From an uncultured Candidatus Saccharibacteria bacterium (GTDB lineage Bacteria > Patescibacteriota > Minisyncoccia > Phycocordibacterales > UBA6065), in NCBI GenBank assembly GCA_964368835.1, contig CAYJCZ010000005.1, forward strand, positions 43,695 to 107,694: a stretch of 64,000 nucleotides of DNA, given 5' to 3'. This document shows positions 48,119-57,701 of the stretch, in pieces; position 1 is the first letter of the stretch, and each line of letters starts with the position of its first letter. The translations under genes were made by a program, and so were the position numbers. The notes beneath the pieces are model-generated. The model had not been told where the DNA came from and ran no database searches. It was given only the letters and a program-made list of their open reading frames with translations.

Positions 48119-49044
48119 TGAAAAAAGCGGTCATTATTGAACACGGTGGCGGAGAGCTTGCAAACCAACTCTGGAACTACGCGAGCATCTATGCCTACAC
48201 CCTGGAAACAGGTTTAAAGCTCGAAAATCCCTCTTTCTACGAGTATGGGAGCATGTTTCGTATTCCTCACGGCTTTATCGAGGATATGCTTCTCTACAGC
48301 CCTTTTAGAAGCTACCGTGGCCGACGTGATGCCTTTCTACCCAAACTTTGGCGCAACTTCTACAAGCTCTATTCAAAAGCCGTAATTTCTACTCACGCGT
48401 CAGAAGTAATTTCCTCAGTTAACTCAAACAATGATGTTTATTACCTGCCACCCACAAAACCTCACACTCAAGAATTAAAGGAGCGCGAAGTGCTTGGAAA
48501 AATATATTTCTCTGGCTGGCTCTTTCGAAACCCACAAGGACTCGAAAAACACCGAGAAGCCATTGTTGAGTATTTCAAACCTATAGAAAAAATTGAACTT
48601 GAGATAGAGGATTTCCTAAAAGACGCGCGAACATTCAAACACGTGGTTGGTGTACATATTCGCCAAGGTGACTACAAGAAATTTAAAGATGGTAAATACT
48701 GGATCGAACAGACTCGAGTCCGTGAAATTATGGATGAGTATTTAAAATTTTCGGGCAAGAGCAAAGACGAAGTATGCTTTGTAATCGCCTCAGATGGAGT
48801 CATAAGGCCCGAACTCTTTACGGGACTTAATATCCAAATCTCTTTTCTTTCTGCGATTCATGATCTTTTTATGCTTTCAAAGACAAATATAATTCTAGGC
48901 TCAGACTCAAGCTTTAGTGACTTCGCCGCATATTACGGAAACATCCCCCATGTCGTATTCCAAAAGAACACCGTTGATTGGAACTACTACTTTGGAAAGG
49001 ATACTTATTTTGAGAACACGTACTGCACGATGGTGCACTATTAA
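48118..49044 (+). CDS. Glycosyltransferase family 11 (alpha-1,2-fucosyltransferase-like)
   Basis: Motifs 'VGVHIRQGDYKKF' (GT11 HxRRGDY), 'VCFVIASDG' and 'DLFMLSKTNIILGSDSSFSDFAAYYG' align with FutC motifs I-III. Confidence 0.55.
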   Translation: MKKAVIIEHGGGELANQLWNYASIYAYTLETGLKLENPSFYEYGSMFRIPHGFIEDMLLYSPFRSYRGRRDAFLPKLWRNFYKLYSKAVISTHASEVISSVNSNNDVYYLPPTKPHTQELKEREVLGKIYFSGWLFRNPQGLEKHREAIVEYFKPIEKIELEIEDFLKDARTFKHVVGVHIRQGDYKKFKDGKYWIEQTRVREIMDEYLKFSGKSKDEVCFVIASDGVIRPELFTGLNIQISFLSAIHDLFMLSKTNIILGSDSSFSDFAAYYGNIPHVVFQKNTVDWNYYFGKDTYFENTYCTMVHY

Positions 49045-49067
49045 AAAAGCCACCTTGTTAGGTGGCT
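49042..49067 (-). terminator. Intrinsic terminator for the 49076..49810 gene (weakly bidirectional)
   Basis: Hairpin agccacc-ttgtta-ggtggct, with TTTTTTAAT following on the minus strand. Confidence 0.45.
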
Positions 49068-49075
49068 TGAAATGA

Positions 49076-49810
49076 TCACGGGTTAACCTTAAGTTTTCCC
49101 GGCTTGTGATGAACACTTTGCAGACGATCGAGAAGTCTCAGTTGCTGCTTTTGCGGCATCATACTGGCTGACTTGAAAACGCAGTATCGCAACAGGCTGC
49201 AGTAAGTCCACCGAGGCCAAGATGCTTGGTCGTTAGTCGGGTGATCCTTCTGAACCTCCAGCTCATGAGAATTCGCCCAGATGTACGTGGTGGTTTCAGG
49301 AAACACCATCCTCGAAAGATGAAGTTCGCTTTTCGAATGCATCTCACAGGTCGAGATAAGCATTCTACTCGGAACACCACACTCTTCAGAAAGCTTCTTC
49401 CTCCAGACACGCATCTCATCGACGGAGTTCAAAATCGGTCCACACGGCAGGCATCGTGCGCCATAACGAGCACACGTCTCCGTTTTCATCCTTTCCTCCC
49501 ACAGATGGGCTCCTCCGAACGCATGTGAACAAGATCCGAAAACAATAAGAGGTTTTTCAGTCTGGGCATGCTCCCAAAACCAGAGTGCGCTTTCCAAATT
49601 GTTCTGTGTCGCGAGAGCGAGTCTCGTAGGACTGACTGCCGAATATGACGCTACGCAAATTACAGGCACTCTTACATTCAGAATCGTCTCCTTATCGCTT
49701 GACCAACGCAGACGACGGGCAACTGACCTGGCATAAAAGGGTGACACATATCTCCTTGGTTGAAGTGAGGGTATGCTCTTTGTAAAGAGCGGTTCGACCA
49801 CTTTATACAA
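49076..49810 (-). CDS. Hypothetical protein, possibly DUF218/YdcF-like; GC-elevated orphan inside the glycan cluster
   Basis: A 244-aa ORF with local GC about 50-53%. 'PLIVFGSCSHAFGG' and 'LISTCEMHSKSE' faintly resemble the DUF218 'GG' and 'TSxxHM' motifs; confidence is low. Confidence 0.35.
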   Translation of the reverse strand: MYKVVEPLFTKSIPSLQPRRYVSPFYARSVARRLRWSSDKETILNVRVPVICVASYSAVSPTRLALATQNNLESALWFWEHAQTEKPLIVFGSCSHAFGGAHLWEERMKTETCARYGARCLPCGPILNSVDEMRVWRKKLSEECGVPSRMLISTCEMHSKSELHLSRMVFPETTTYIWANSHELEVQKDHPTNDQASWPRWTYCSLLRYCVFKSASMMPQKQQLRLLDRLQSVHHKPGKLKVNP

Positions 49811-49831
49811 TAAAAACCAATAAATTGCAAA

Positions 49832-51388
49832 CTATTTCTTCCTCCCTAAAATATAGAGATGTGTCGCCACCGCATCTGACCCAGGCATGTGAATGAAAAT
49901 ATAATCAAGATATTTCAAAGGACCGAGCACGAGCATAAAAATATGAGCGAGGAATGGTGCAATCTTTTTTGAACCAAATGAAAATAGTACTCCGAGCCAA
50001 TATGCTAGAAACATAAGAAACGTTGACCATGGTCCTGACCTCACACCAGATTCAACAATCTCAAGATCATGAAACATGTGCTTTAGCCCTGAAATAGTCC
50101 AACGATTGAAATCATCTGGTGATGCATGATACGGATGCATAAATGGCGCACTTACATACACATATCCACCAGGCCTTACAACACGGACCATCTCACGGGC
50201 CACAAGGTGTGCATCGGGCACATGCTCAAAGAGCGACTCAGACACAGCTGCATCAATTGTATTTGTTTTAAACGGTAGTTTTGTCGCATCAGAAACAATA
50301 TCTACTTCAGGGAAAGGAAATATGTCGACGTTTATAAATTCTTTGCCGAGTCGCTCGGGGCCAGAACCAACATCGATCACTTTACTTCCCTTTTCTACTT
50401 TGTTTAAAACCATACGAGGACCATTCACAAGCATCATCACCGGACAAAATACGTGCCAAATAGAATAGTAGATTTTAGGAAATTGTTTAAAAAATGACTT
50501 GAGCCAATTAACTCCAGACTCGTGCTGATTTGAATTGTGCTCATAGACATGCTTTTCAATAAGTATCGGCCTGCGAGATTCATCCACGGTAAAATGTCCG
50601 TGGGTTTTACAGACGAGGCCCTTATCTGACTTCAAGAGATCCTCCTTACAAAATGGGCAACAAATAATCTTTGAATGATCCGCTGTCTCGCGGATTTGAG
50701 GCTTTCGGAGGTTGAGGAGTTTGTCAGCGAACAAAAGCTGAATAGCCCTAAACCCATCACGATAACGAATTTTCTTCCCTGCCCCTGCATCACGTGGTGT
50801 ATGTGAAATCGGCACTTCGACTATCTTGTGTCCGTCGCGCAAAAGTGCGGTTGTAAACAAAAGCTCTGCCTCAAACCGACCTGCCACAAAATGTTTCTTT
50901 GCATGCGCTGGAAAAAGTTTATAACACGTCCACACATCTGTTAGCTTTGCACCGTAAAGTCCATTAATTATTTTTGTGATCATCCACACGCCAAATCTCT
51001 GAAAATAGAATCCCTCTCGTTTTACATGGTGAAGATTTCTTGAACCGTAGACAACCCTTGCTTCACCTTTATTTATAACGGCCAGAAATTGTGGAATTTC
51101 TTTTGGATTATATTCAAGATCAGCATCCTGAATAATTATGTAGTCCCCCGTCGCTTCTTGTAACCCACGCAAAACAGCCGTACCTTTACCGCCGTTTTTA
51201 TCCTGACGGACAAACTTTATTCGATCACCATAGGCCTTAAGTATATGAGGAGTTTTGTCTGTTGAGGCATCATCCACGACCACAACCTCCTTTTCCCATG
51301 AAGAAAAAGGCACATTAAGTACTGAATCGATAAGAGTTTTGAGTGTTGCCTCTTCGTTATACGCGGGAATGACTACGGAAAGCTTCAT
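49832..51388 (-). CDS. Fusion protein: GT2 glycosyltransferase (DPM1-like), Zn-ribbon, class I SAM methyltransferase, C-terminal TM helices
   Basis: N-terminal 'LSVVIPAYNEEATL...VVVDDASTDKT...IQDADLEY', a mid 'CPFCKEDLLKSDKGLVCKTHGH' ribbon, 'VIDVGSGPERLG...TIDAAVSESLFEHV' methyltransferase motifs, and a hydrophobic C-terminus. Confidence 0.7.
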   Translation of the reverse strand: MKLSVVIPAYNEEATLKTLIDSVLNVPFSSWEKEVVVVDDASTDKTPHILKAYGDRIKFVRQDKNGGKGTAVLRGLQEATGDYIIIQDADLEYNPKEIPQFLAVINKGEARVVYGSRNLHHVKREGFYFQRFGVWMITKIINGLYGAKLTDVWTCYKLFPAHAKKHFVAGRFEAELLFTTALLRDGHKIVEVPISHTPRDAGAGKKIRYRDGFRAIQLLFADKLLNLRKPQIRETADHSKIICCPFCKEDLLKSDKGLVCKTHGHFTVDESRRPILIEKHVYEHNSNQHESGVNWLKSFFKQFPKIYYSIWHVFCPVMMLVNGPRMVLNKVEKGSKVIDVGSGPERLGKEFINVDIFPFPEVDIVSDATKLPFKTNTIDAAVSESLFEHVPDAHLVAREMVRVVRPGGYVYVSAPFMHPYHASPDDFNRWTISGLKHMFHDLEIVESGVRSGPWSTFLMFLAYWLGVLFSFGSKKIAPFLAHIFMLVLGPLKYLDYIFIHMPGSDAVATHLYILGRKK

Positions 51389-52736
51389 AGAGTCGCTCCT
51401 TTATAGCAAATATTGCATAGATAGCAAAGGAGAATATGAAGACATTCACAGGGATTCTAAATCTAGCATTCACACCTAGTCCGTTTATACATGTCGTTGC
51501 AGCAAAATAGAGAATCATAAGAAAAGCTGCCAAAATCATAGGTCGTAGACCCTGACGTTTAAACATAAGAAATACTCCTACAAAGAAAAGAAGTGTGATC
51601 AAAATCCATACAAGTCTCATCATGAGAATAAGCACAGCCGGGCTCTGAATGTACTTTCCTATCACTTTAATAAGTTCAATCGGTTCTTTGATAAGCGAAA
51701 TAACGGGTTTCGATAGAACGTTCGGGATAGTAATTCCTGAATACTGTAGAACTGTAAGCATTCCGTCGTGAGTAAAGAATGTAACTCCGGAAATGAAAGC
51801 AGATTTTATGAGCGCGGTTTTATGCTCGAGCAAAACTTTAATCGCCTCTTCTTTATAGAAATCAGCGTTTGAAAGATTGATATCGTTTACATCAAAATTA
51901 TCTTCCAGAGCGAACGCCTCAAGTTCTGTTTGAAAATTAGTATCGTTGTCTATTGAAAGCACTGTTGGAACAAGATACACATAAAGATTGAAAGATGGCT
52001 GCGCGCTTATTCCCCACACTCCGAATTCCTGGTGATTTCTCCAAAGCCACGGAGCAATGATCACAAAGAAGGCTAGTAGAAATGCCGCCGCCTGCTTTAG
52101 ATGCGTGACCGCTAAATTCTTTCTCCATAGTATTGCCAAGGCGATAGGTATAAAGATTGGAAAAAATTGCACCGTTGGCTTTATAAGACATGCGAGCCCG
52201 AGAAACACTCCAGTCCACACGGCATTACGAAGTGTCTGCTTTTCAATATATCTAAATAGAAATATGAGGAATATGAGAAAAAAGAATGTAAATGAAGTTT
52301 CAGTATAAAGAATGAAAGAAAGAAGGATCGAATACGGTTCGAATACCAAAAGTCCTGCAACCCATTTTGAAAGCTTCTGTCCTACCAATCGAGAAGCGAC
52401 ATAGTATCCCAATACTGGAATAAAGGATCCTAAGATAAGTTCCAGAATCAAGACTGCCCAATAACTTCCAAAAATCTTTGCTATAAAAGCGATAAGTATC
52501 GGCCAAAGTGGAGGTCGTAGTGGATTCGGTCTAAACGGTGGCACCTCATCAAAGGTAAAGCCATTTCCAGCGTTTATATTCTGACTTAGTTCATAGTAGC
52601 CATCATCTCCTTTAATCGTAGGTACAAGATTGTGATCGTTTACAGAAAAGTTTATGGAAAATAAAACAATACGCACGAGGAGCGCACAGAGAAATAGTGC
52701 GACCGGAAATTTGTGAGCTTTTAACCAATCCTTCAT
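51357..52736 (-). CDS. Glycosyltransferase family 39/83-like (ArnT/PMT-type polyprenyl-phosphate-sugar-dependent GT-C)
   Basis: About 11 TM helices, and an N-terminal loop 'DDGYYELSQNINAGNGFTF' that matches the GT-C catalytic-loop pattern. Confidence 0.6.
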   Translation of the reverse strand: MKDWLKAHKFPVALFLCALLVRIVLFSINFSVNDHNLVPTIKGDDGYYELSQNINAGNGFTFDEVPPFRPNPLRPPLWPILIAFIAKIFGSYWAVLILELILGSFIPVLGYYVASRLVGQKLSKWVAGLLVFEPYSILLSFILYTETSFTFFFLIFLIFLFRYIEKQTLRNAVWTGVFLGLACLIKPTVQFFPIFIPIALAILWRKNLAVTHLKQAAAFLLAFFVIIAPWLWRNHQEFGVWGISAQPSFNLYVYLVPTVLSIDNDTNFQTELEAFALEDNFDVNDINLSNADFYKEEAIKVLLEHKTALIKSAFISGVTFFTHDGMLTVLQYSGITIPNVLSKPVISLIKEPIELIKVIGKYIQSPAVLILMMRLVWILITLLFFVGVFLMFKRQGLRPMILAAFLMILYFAATTCINGLGVNARFRIPVNVFIFSFAIYAIFAIKERLYEAFRSHSRV

Positions 52737-53875
52737 ATATGCATATATGATACTATGCGCGCTGCCCTTTTATCCCATGTGTGATCAAGTACTTTTGAAT
52801 AGGCTTTTTGTGCCAAGGCTTCGTACTTGCTTGAGTTGCTTACGACTTCTTGGATTGCTTGCGCGAGCGCCTGTGGATCATCTGGTATGACAAGATACGC
52901 TGAGTGCTCATCCACAATCTCACGAATCGATGGGATGCTCGACGCAACAATAGGCCGTCCGCTTGCCATATACTCGTAAAGCTTCATTGGTGAAGTGTAG
53001 TAGGCTGATATTTTTTCTTTTGCCGTGTTTGGAAGTACGAGCACATCTGCCGCTTTTTGCCACAAAGGCATTTCGTCATGAGGCTTAAAACCAACAATTG
53101 AAATGGTGGACTCCTGATACTTTTGCTTAAATGCTTCGACATCTATAGGAGTTCCTCCCACAAATATCACTTGGTAGTCATTTTGTAATAACTTTGCAGC
53201 TTGAGCGAGAGTATCAACACCCTTCCAGCCATAAAGATGTCCAGTGTAGACAGCGATTTTCTTTGAAGGTGGAAGAGAAAGCTTTTTTCGGGCGTCTTCC
53301 TTTGAAATAGGTATGTCGAATGCCTTTATATCAACTGCGTTTGGTTCATATAAAAATTTTGTTTGAGGCACTTTTGGAAAGAGTTTTTTTGCCTCTTCGA
53401 GCTTCCATCTATTATGAATAAGGATCCATTTCATGCGTGAGAGAAACTTTCCAAAGAAAGTAATTTTGCTTTCAGGGAAATCATGCATTTCGTAAAAACA
53501 GTTCTTGAAATCCCAAGATAAAAGAAAAAGTGGTAATGATTCGTTTGAATACATTACGTCCTGCTTGCCTGCGTGCTTCATCATAAAGAAATAGACAGAT
53601 GTTGAGAAAGCTAAGAAGCTCGTCCAGAAAGCAAAACGGCGAAGTATTGGCACGTTGTAGATATCGATTGTCTTTACGTACTCGATAGTAAAGTTTTTTT
53701 CTACAGAATAAAAAGTGTATGGGTCATCTTTTATAATCCCCTTGCGGGCTGGGACGACGAGAGTGACATCAAAGCCTTGGCGGACAAAGGCTGCGGCGCT
53801 TTTTGCGGCAAAAAGCGCCGCAGCTTTCTCACTCGGAAACCTCCCATGAAAAATGAGGAAAAGTTTCTTTTTCAT
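52733..53875 (-). CDS. Glycosyltransferase family 4 (GT-B)
   Basis: 'VLPNTAKEKISAYYTSPMKLYEYMASGRPIVASSIPSIREIV' EX7E motif. Confidence 0.75.
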   Translation of the reverse strand: MKKKLFLIFHGRFPSEKAAALFAAKSAAAFVRQGFDVTLVVPARKGIIKDDPYTFYSVEKNFTIEYVKTIDIYNVPILRRFAFWTSFLAFSTSVYFFMMKHAGKQDVMYSNESLPLFLLSWDFKNCFYEMHDFPESKITFFGKFLSRMKWILIHNRWKLEEAKKLFPKVPQTKFLYEPNAVDIKAFDIPISKEDARKKLSLPPSKKIAVYTGHLYGWKGVDTLAQAAKLLQNDYQVIFVGGTPIDVEAFKQKYQESTISIVGFKPHDEMPLWQKAADVLVLPNTAKEKISAYYTSPMKLYEYMASGRPIVASSIPSIREIVDEHSAYLVIPDDPQALAQAIQEVVSNSSKYEALAQKAYSKVLDHTWDKRAARIVSYMHI

Positions 53876-54501
53876 TTTTTCCCTAGAAATATATAGCCCA
53901 ACGGATACCTTCCCTTTACATTTGGTTGAATTCGAAACGTCACTTCATCCAAAAGGAGAGCTCCATAAGCACCAATCAATCGAAGGGGCTTTGGAAATGA
54001 AAGCATCATGCTATTAAATGCAGCCGTAAATGGCCCCTTACTAATCGCCTTTACAGCTACTTCCTTAAACCCGATGTCGCCCAGTATTCGTGCAAGTGCC
54101 TCATGCGTATATCTAAAATAATCTTTAGGATCTGGATGATATTGAATAAAAAATGGCACAAAACCAACAAGAGTTCCTTTTGGTTTTAAAATACGCCTCA
54201 TCTCCCCAACTAAAAAACTGTGATTATACACATGCTCAAGAACATTCGCGCACACAACAGTATCCAGTGCATTATCCGAAAACGGCAGTTTATCTTTCTC
54301 AAAATCGATGGGGGTGATACTTCCGTCGACTGGAGTAATTGAAATCACACTATCCTTCTTAAAGTAGTTAAAATAATCTGGATTTCTTCCACCACCAATA
54401 TCGGCAACCTTTCCATAAATCGTATAGTCCCGAAAGCCTTCGTCCATAAGAATTCTCATCATGGTCTGTCCTTGCCACATTTTTTTAAAATATGTGCTCA
54501 T
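53872..54501 (-). CDS. Class I SAM-dependent methyltransferase
   Basis: 'VADIGGGRNPD...LDTVVCANVLEHVYN...RILKPKGTLVGFVP'. Confidence 0.7.
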   Translation of the reverse strand: MSTYFKKMWQGQTMMRILMDEGFRDYTIYGKVADIGGGRNPDYFNYFKKDSVISITPVDGSITPIDFEKDKLPFSDNALDTVVCANVLEHVYNHSFLVGEMRRILKPKGTLVGFVPFFIQYHPDPKDYFRYTHEALARILGDIGFKEVAVKAISKGPFTAAFNSMMLSFPKPLRLIGAYGALLLDEVTFRIQPNVKGRYPLGYIFLGKK

Positions 54502-54506
54502 AACTA

Positions 54507-55142
54507 TTATTTTGGAGTTGCTGTGATGACTAGTGTCTCAACAAACTTTGGTGTAAATCGAGAAAAGAAGGCATACAACACATTGAGAAATTTCTTCTTT
54601 ATGCTCTGCTTGTATTCAACACCCAACGAATAGAGAAAATCTACAGATTCAACTTTCCAACCATTTCTTTCCAAAAGTACTGAGAGTGTCTTCGAATTGA
54701 AGTAGCACGTGTGCTCCCGATTAACCGTCGGCTCTGTCTTTGAAAGTTTTTCGGCAAGGTTAAAAAGATTGAATGTATTTGGAGTTGAAAGCACCAATCG
54801 TCCACCAGGCTTTATGTGCTTCTTTGCTTGAACAAGAAATAAGCCAGGATTAGATAGGTGTTCAATAAGATCTCCGGCAAAAATAACATCAAATTTCTTA
54901 TTGATTGAAAAATTTTCTGCATCACCCTTGAAATAATTTTGTTTCGGCCCAGGAACAAGACTTGGGTCATATTCAAGATCAAAGGCAAACACTTCTTGTG
55001 CACGAGCTCTCAAAATTTTATGAACCCAGTTTTCATCTTTCGGACTTACCCCTTGGCCCCAAAAACCCACATCAAGCACGACATCCTTAGAAGTTACACA
55101 GGTATTAATGAGTTCTTGTTTGTTTTTAAAGATTTTATTCAT
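54507..55142 (-). CDS. Class I SAM-dependent methyltransferase
   Basis: 'VVLDVGFWGQG...FDVIFAGDLIEHLSNP...IKPGGRLVLSTPN'. Confidence 0.7.
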   Translation of the reverse strand: MNKIFKNKQELINTCVTSKDVVLDVGFWGQGVSPKDENWVHKILRARAQEVFAFDLEYDPSLVPGPKQNYFKGDAENFSINKKFDVIFAGDLIEHLSNPGLFLVQAKKHIKPGGRLVLSTPNTFNLFNLAEKLSKTEPTVNREHTCYFNSKTLSVLLERNGWKVESVDFLYSLGVEYKQSIKKKFLNVLYAFFSRFTPKFVETLVITATPK

Positions 55143-56164
55143 TGCATTGAAACTATAAGATGCTCTGCGAGTTTTTCCAAACTGTGATGAGCTTCAGTGA
55201 TGGCGCGCAGACTTTTACCTGCAGCATCCTTGTCCTTTCGAGCAAGCAGTAATTGAAGCTTGTTTGAAACATCCTGAGTCTCGGCATTACAAATAAACGA
55301 ATCGTCAACGAGTGTTCGCAGGTTTTCATTCGAAGCAAGAATCATCGATTCACATGCAGCCGCTTCAAAGATTGTCTTGTCGTACATTCCCGACGAAGAG
55401 AGGTTCACGAAAATCTCGTGCTCACTATATACCTTCGGAGTTGAATCGTTAGGAATGCCTGAAAAAAAAGTAACCTTATCAGACAATCCCCAGTCCTTTG
55501 ATTTTTTCTTTAAGTCCTCAAGATACTCTTTATCCTTAGGAAGCGGATCACCGTAAAACGATGCGTTGAATGAAATTCCTTTATCTGAGATTTCTTTCAA
55601 AGCCTCGAGAAGAACGTGTGGCTTTTTAACTGGTGCAACACGACCCAAGAAAAGTATTGATGCTGGTTTACGAACCACATCTGTCTGCTTCCTAAAAAAA
55701 TGAGTGTCGATTCCAACCGGCATAAGAACTGTCTTCTTATACTTTGCTGTAAAAGAAAACTTTGAAGTGCAAAATACTTTTGTGCAAAATGCTGCAGCGA
55801 TATCCGTGAGCAGATTTCCTGCATGGTGATTGCGCCACATATATACACGCTTGCCTAAAAGCTTCCACAACAGTCCTCCCAAGAGCACATATTCTTGATT
55901 CATATGCACGAGCACTGCATCGTACTCACTCTTCAAGCTCGTGATATATCTGAAAAAATTCTTAACGTACAAAAATCTTGATTCCTTCTTCTCCTTACCG
56001 AGTGAGTAAACTTTGACATTGGCTGGCAGTGACGTGACCCCCTGCTTAAGACAAATCACAGAAACTGAATCTACTTTCTTTGAAAACTCACTTACCCAAC
56101 GATGAAAGAAGCCGAGCACCGGATCATTCTTATCAATAACCTGCGTGATAACGAGGAGTTTCAT
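55139..56164 (-). CDS. Glycosyltransferase family 4 (GT-B)
   Basis: C-terminal 'SSSGMYDKTIFEAAACESMILASN' and a typical GT4 length. Confidence 0.65.
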   Translation of the reverse strand: MKLLVITQVIDKNDPVLGFFHRWVSEFSKKVDSVSVICLKQGVTSLPANVKVYSLGKEKKESRFLYVKNFFRYITSLKSEYDAVLVHMNQEYVLLGGLLWKLLGKRVYMWRNHHAGNLLTDIAAAFCTKVFCTSKFSFTAKYKKTVLMPVGIDTHFFRKQTDVVRKPASILFLGRVAPVKKPHVLLEALKEISDKGISFNASFYGDPLPKDKEYLEDLKKKSKDWGLSDKVTFFSGIPNDSTPKVYSEHEIFVNLSSSGMYDKTIFEAAACESMILASNENLRTLVDDSFICNAETQDVSNKLQLLLARKDKDAAGKSLRAITEAHHSLEKLAEHLIVSMQ

Positions 56165-56589
56165 TGTTTCTTAAATATGAAAAGCCTGTAGATAAAGAAA
56201 CAACCTGAGGCAACAAGGAGTATTGATGCGATTTGAGATGGAAGATAATGCAAACGTAACTTTTCGACAAAAAAGTATACGAGCGCAGTTGTGGCACACA
56301 AACTCGCAAAATAAAGAATCGAGTAATATACAAACTGTCTTGTCGCGTGTGTTTCATCCTTGTCCTCAAAGGTTACGTACTTCTGAAGAAGAAAACGAAC
56401 AACGAAAGCAATCGTCATTGCGAAAATATGTGCTGAGATGTAGTAAACGTTAACATATGCCACTAAAACGTTTGCCAAAATGACCTCAATTGCCGCAGCC
56501 GTGCCTCCCGAAAATACATATCGTATAAACGTAGATTTATGGAATATATCGAGCCCCCACTGTACCGGTGCTAAAAGGAGTTTTGCCAT
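56161..56589 (-). CDS. GtrA family polysaccharide-biosynthesis membrane protein
   Basis: 142 aa with 4 TM helices, 'RYVFSGGTAAAIEVILANVL' and a C-terminal 'RLFIFKK'. Confidence 0.7.
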   Translation of the reverse strand: MAKLLLAPVQWGLDIFHKSTFIRYVFSGGTAAAIEVILANVLVAYVNVYYISAHIFAMTIAFVVRFLLQKYVTFEDKDETHATRQFVYYSILYFASLCATTALVYFFVEKLRLHYLPSQIASILLVASGCFFIYRLFIFKKQ

Positions 56590-56597
56590 AGCCTCAA

Positions 56598-57701
56598 TTA
56601 TAGCAGAGCACGCTCTATATCGGCCCTAAAAGCCTCTAAATAGGCCTGTTTTGAGGCATATGGGTACTTATAGTCCTTATTCCTAACCATGCATGAAAAG
56701 GCCTTTTTAAGGGCTTCTGAGAGGCCTCTTAGGTCCCCTGGGGTCACAATACATTCTTCGCTTGCAAGCAGGGGTGCAATACCAGCATCGGTTGCTACAA
56801 GCATCGCACCAGAAGCATGCGCCTCAAGCATCGAAAGTCCGTACCCTTCATACAGCGATGATGAGATAAACACATCGCATGTCTTCATATATGAAATCAA
56901 AGTTTTCTGATCCGCCCAATCTTCTACAATTACTGCACCTTTAAAACTTTTTGCTTTGGTTAAAATACCTGGCAAAAGTGGACCCGATCCAACAATGACA
57001 AGTCCTGAGTCGGAATATGCTTTGTGTGTGATATTAAATGCTCGAAGTGCTGTATAAATATCTTTCTCTTTTGTGAATCGTGATGCAATGAGCGCTATTT
57101 TTTTAAATTGAGGATATTTCTTTGCAAGATCAACAGTCACAGGACTTGTTCGAATTGCATCTAGATCTGCAAATATAGGCAACACAGTAACTTTGCTTTG
57201 ATATCGCGGAGCAAGCGAAGTCTTTATTCGCTGTGACACAACGCGAATCGCATGGCTCTTTTTTAGAATTTTTCTTGATAAGAAAATACGAAATTTATTC
57301 AAGATGCCCTGCGCAAAGTAAAAACTATTAAGATCTGTATGTATCTGGGTATGTAAATGAATGCCTGTTTGTTCAGAGAGATATAGTCCCACTATTCCCG
57401 CTTCAAAAGGATCCTGAGTTGTTATAACCGTATCCTGCACTGAGAGACCCGACACTGAAATAACCTCCCTTCCGATTTTCTTAGCATCTGGAATATATGA
57501 AAACTTTGATGACGAGTTAGTTGGATACACACGGACATTATGCCCAATCGAAATCACAGAACCTGCATGCAAACTTTTTTTTGTGAATAAAACTATATGT
57601 AATTCCTTAAAAAGCTTTCCGTACTCTTCCATGCGTAGACGTACAGAAGAACCCTCTTCGAGGATTTTCTGATCGGTCGATATCATGAGTACTTTTATCA
57701 T
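56598..57701 (-). CDS. Glycosyltransferase family 4 (GT-B)
   Basis: 'SSSLYEGYGLSMLEAHASGAMLVATDAG'. Confidence 0.7.
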   Translation of the reverse strand: MIKVLMISTDQKILEEGSSVRLRMEEYGKLFKELHIVLFTKKSLHAGSVISIGHNVRVYPTNSSSKFSYIPDAKKIGREVISVSGLSVQDTVITTQDPFEAGIVGLYLSEQTGIHLHTQIHTDLNSFYFAQGILNKFRIFLSRKILKKSHAIRVVSQRIKTSLAPRYQSKVTVLPIFADLDAIRTSPVTVDLAKKYPQFKKIALIASRFTKEKDIYTALRAFNITHKAYSDSGLVIVGSGPLLPGILTKAKSFKGAVIVEDWADQKTLISYMKTCDVFISSSLYEGYGLSMLEAHASGAMLVATDAGIAPLLASEECIVTPGDLRGLSEALKKAFSCMVRNKDYKYPYASKQAYLEAFRADIERALL

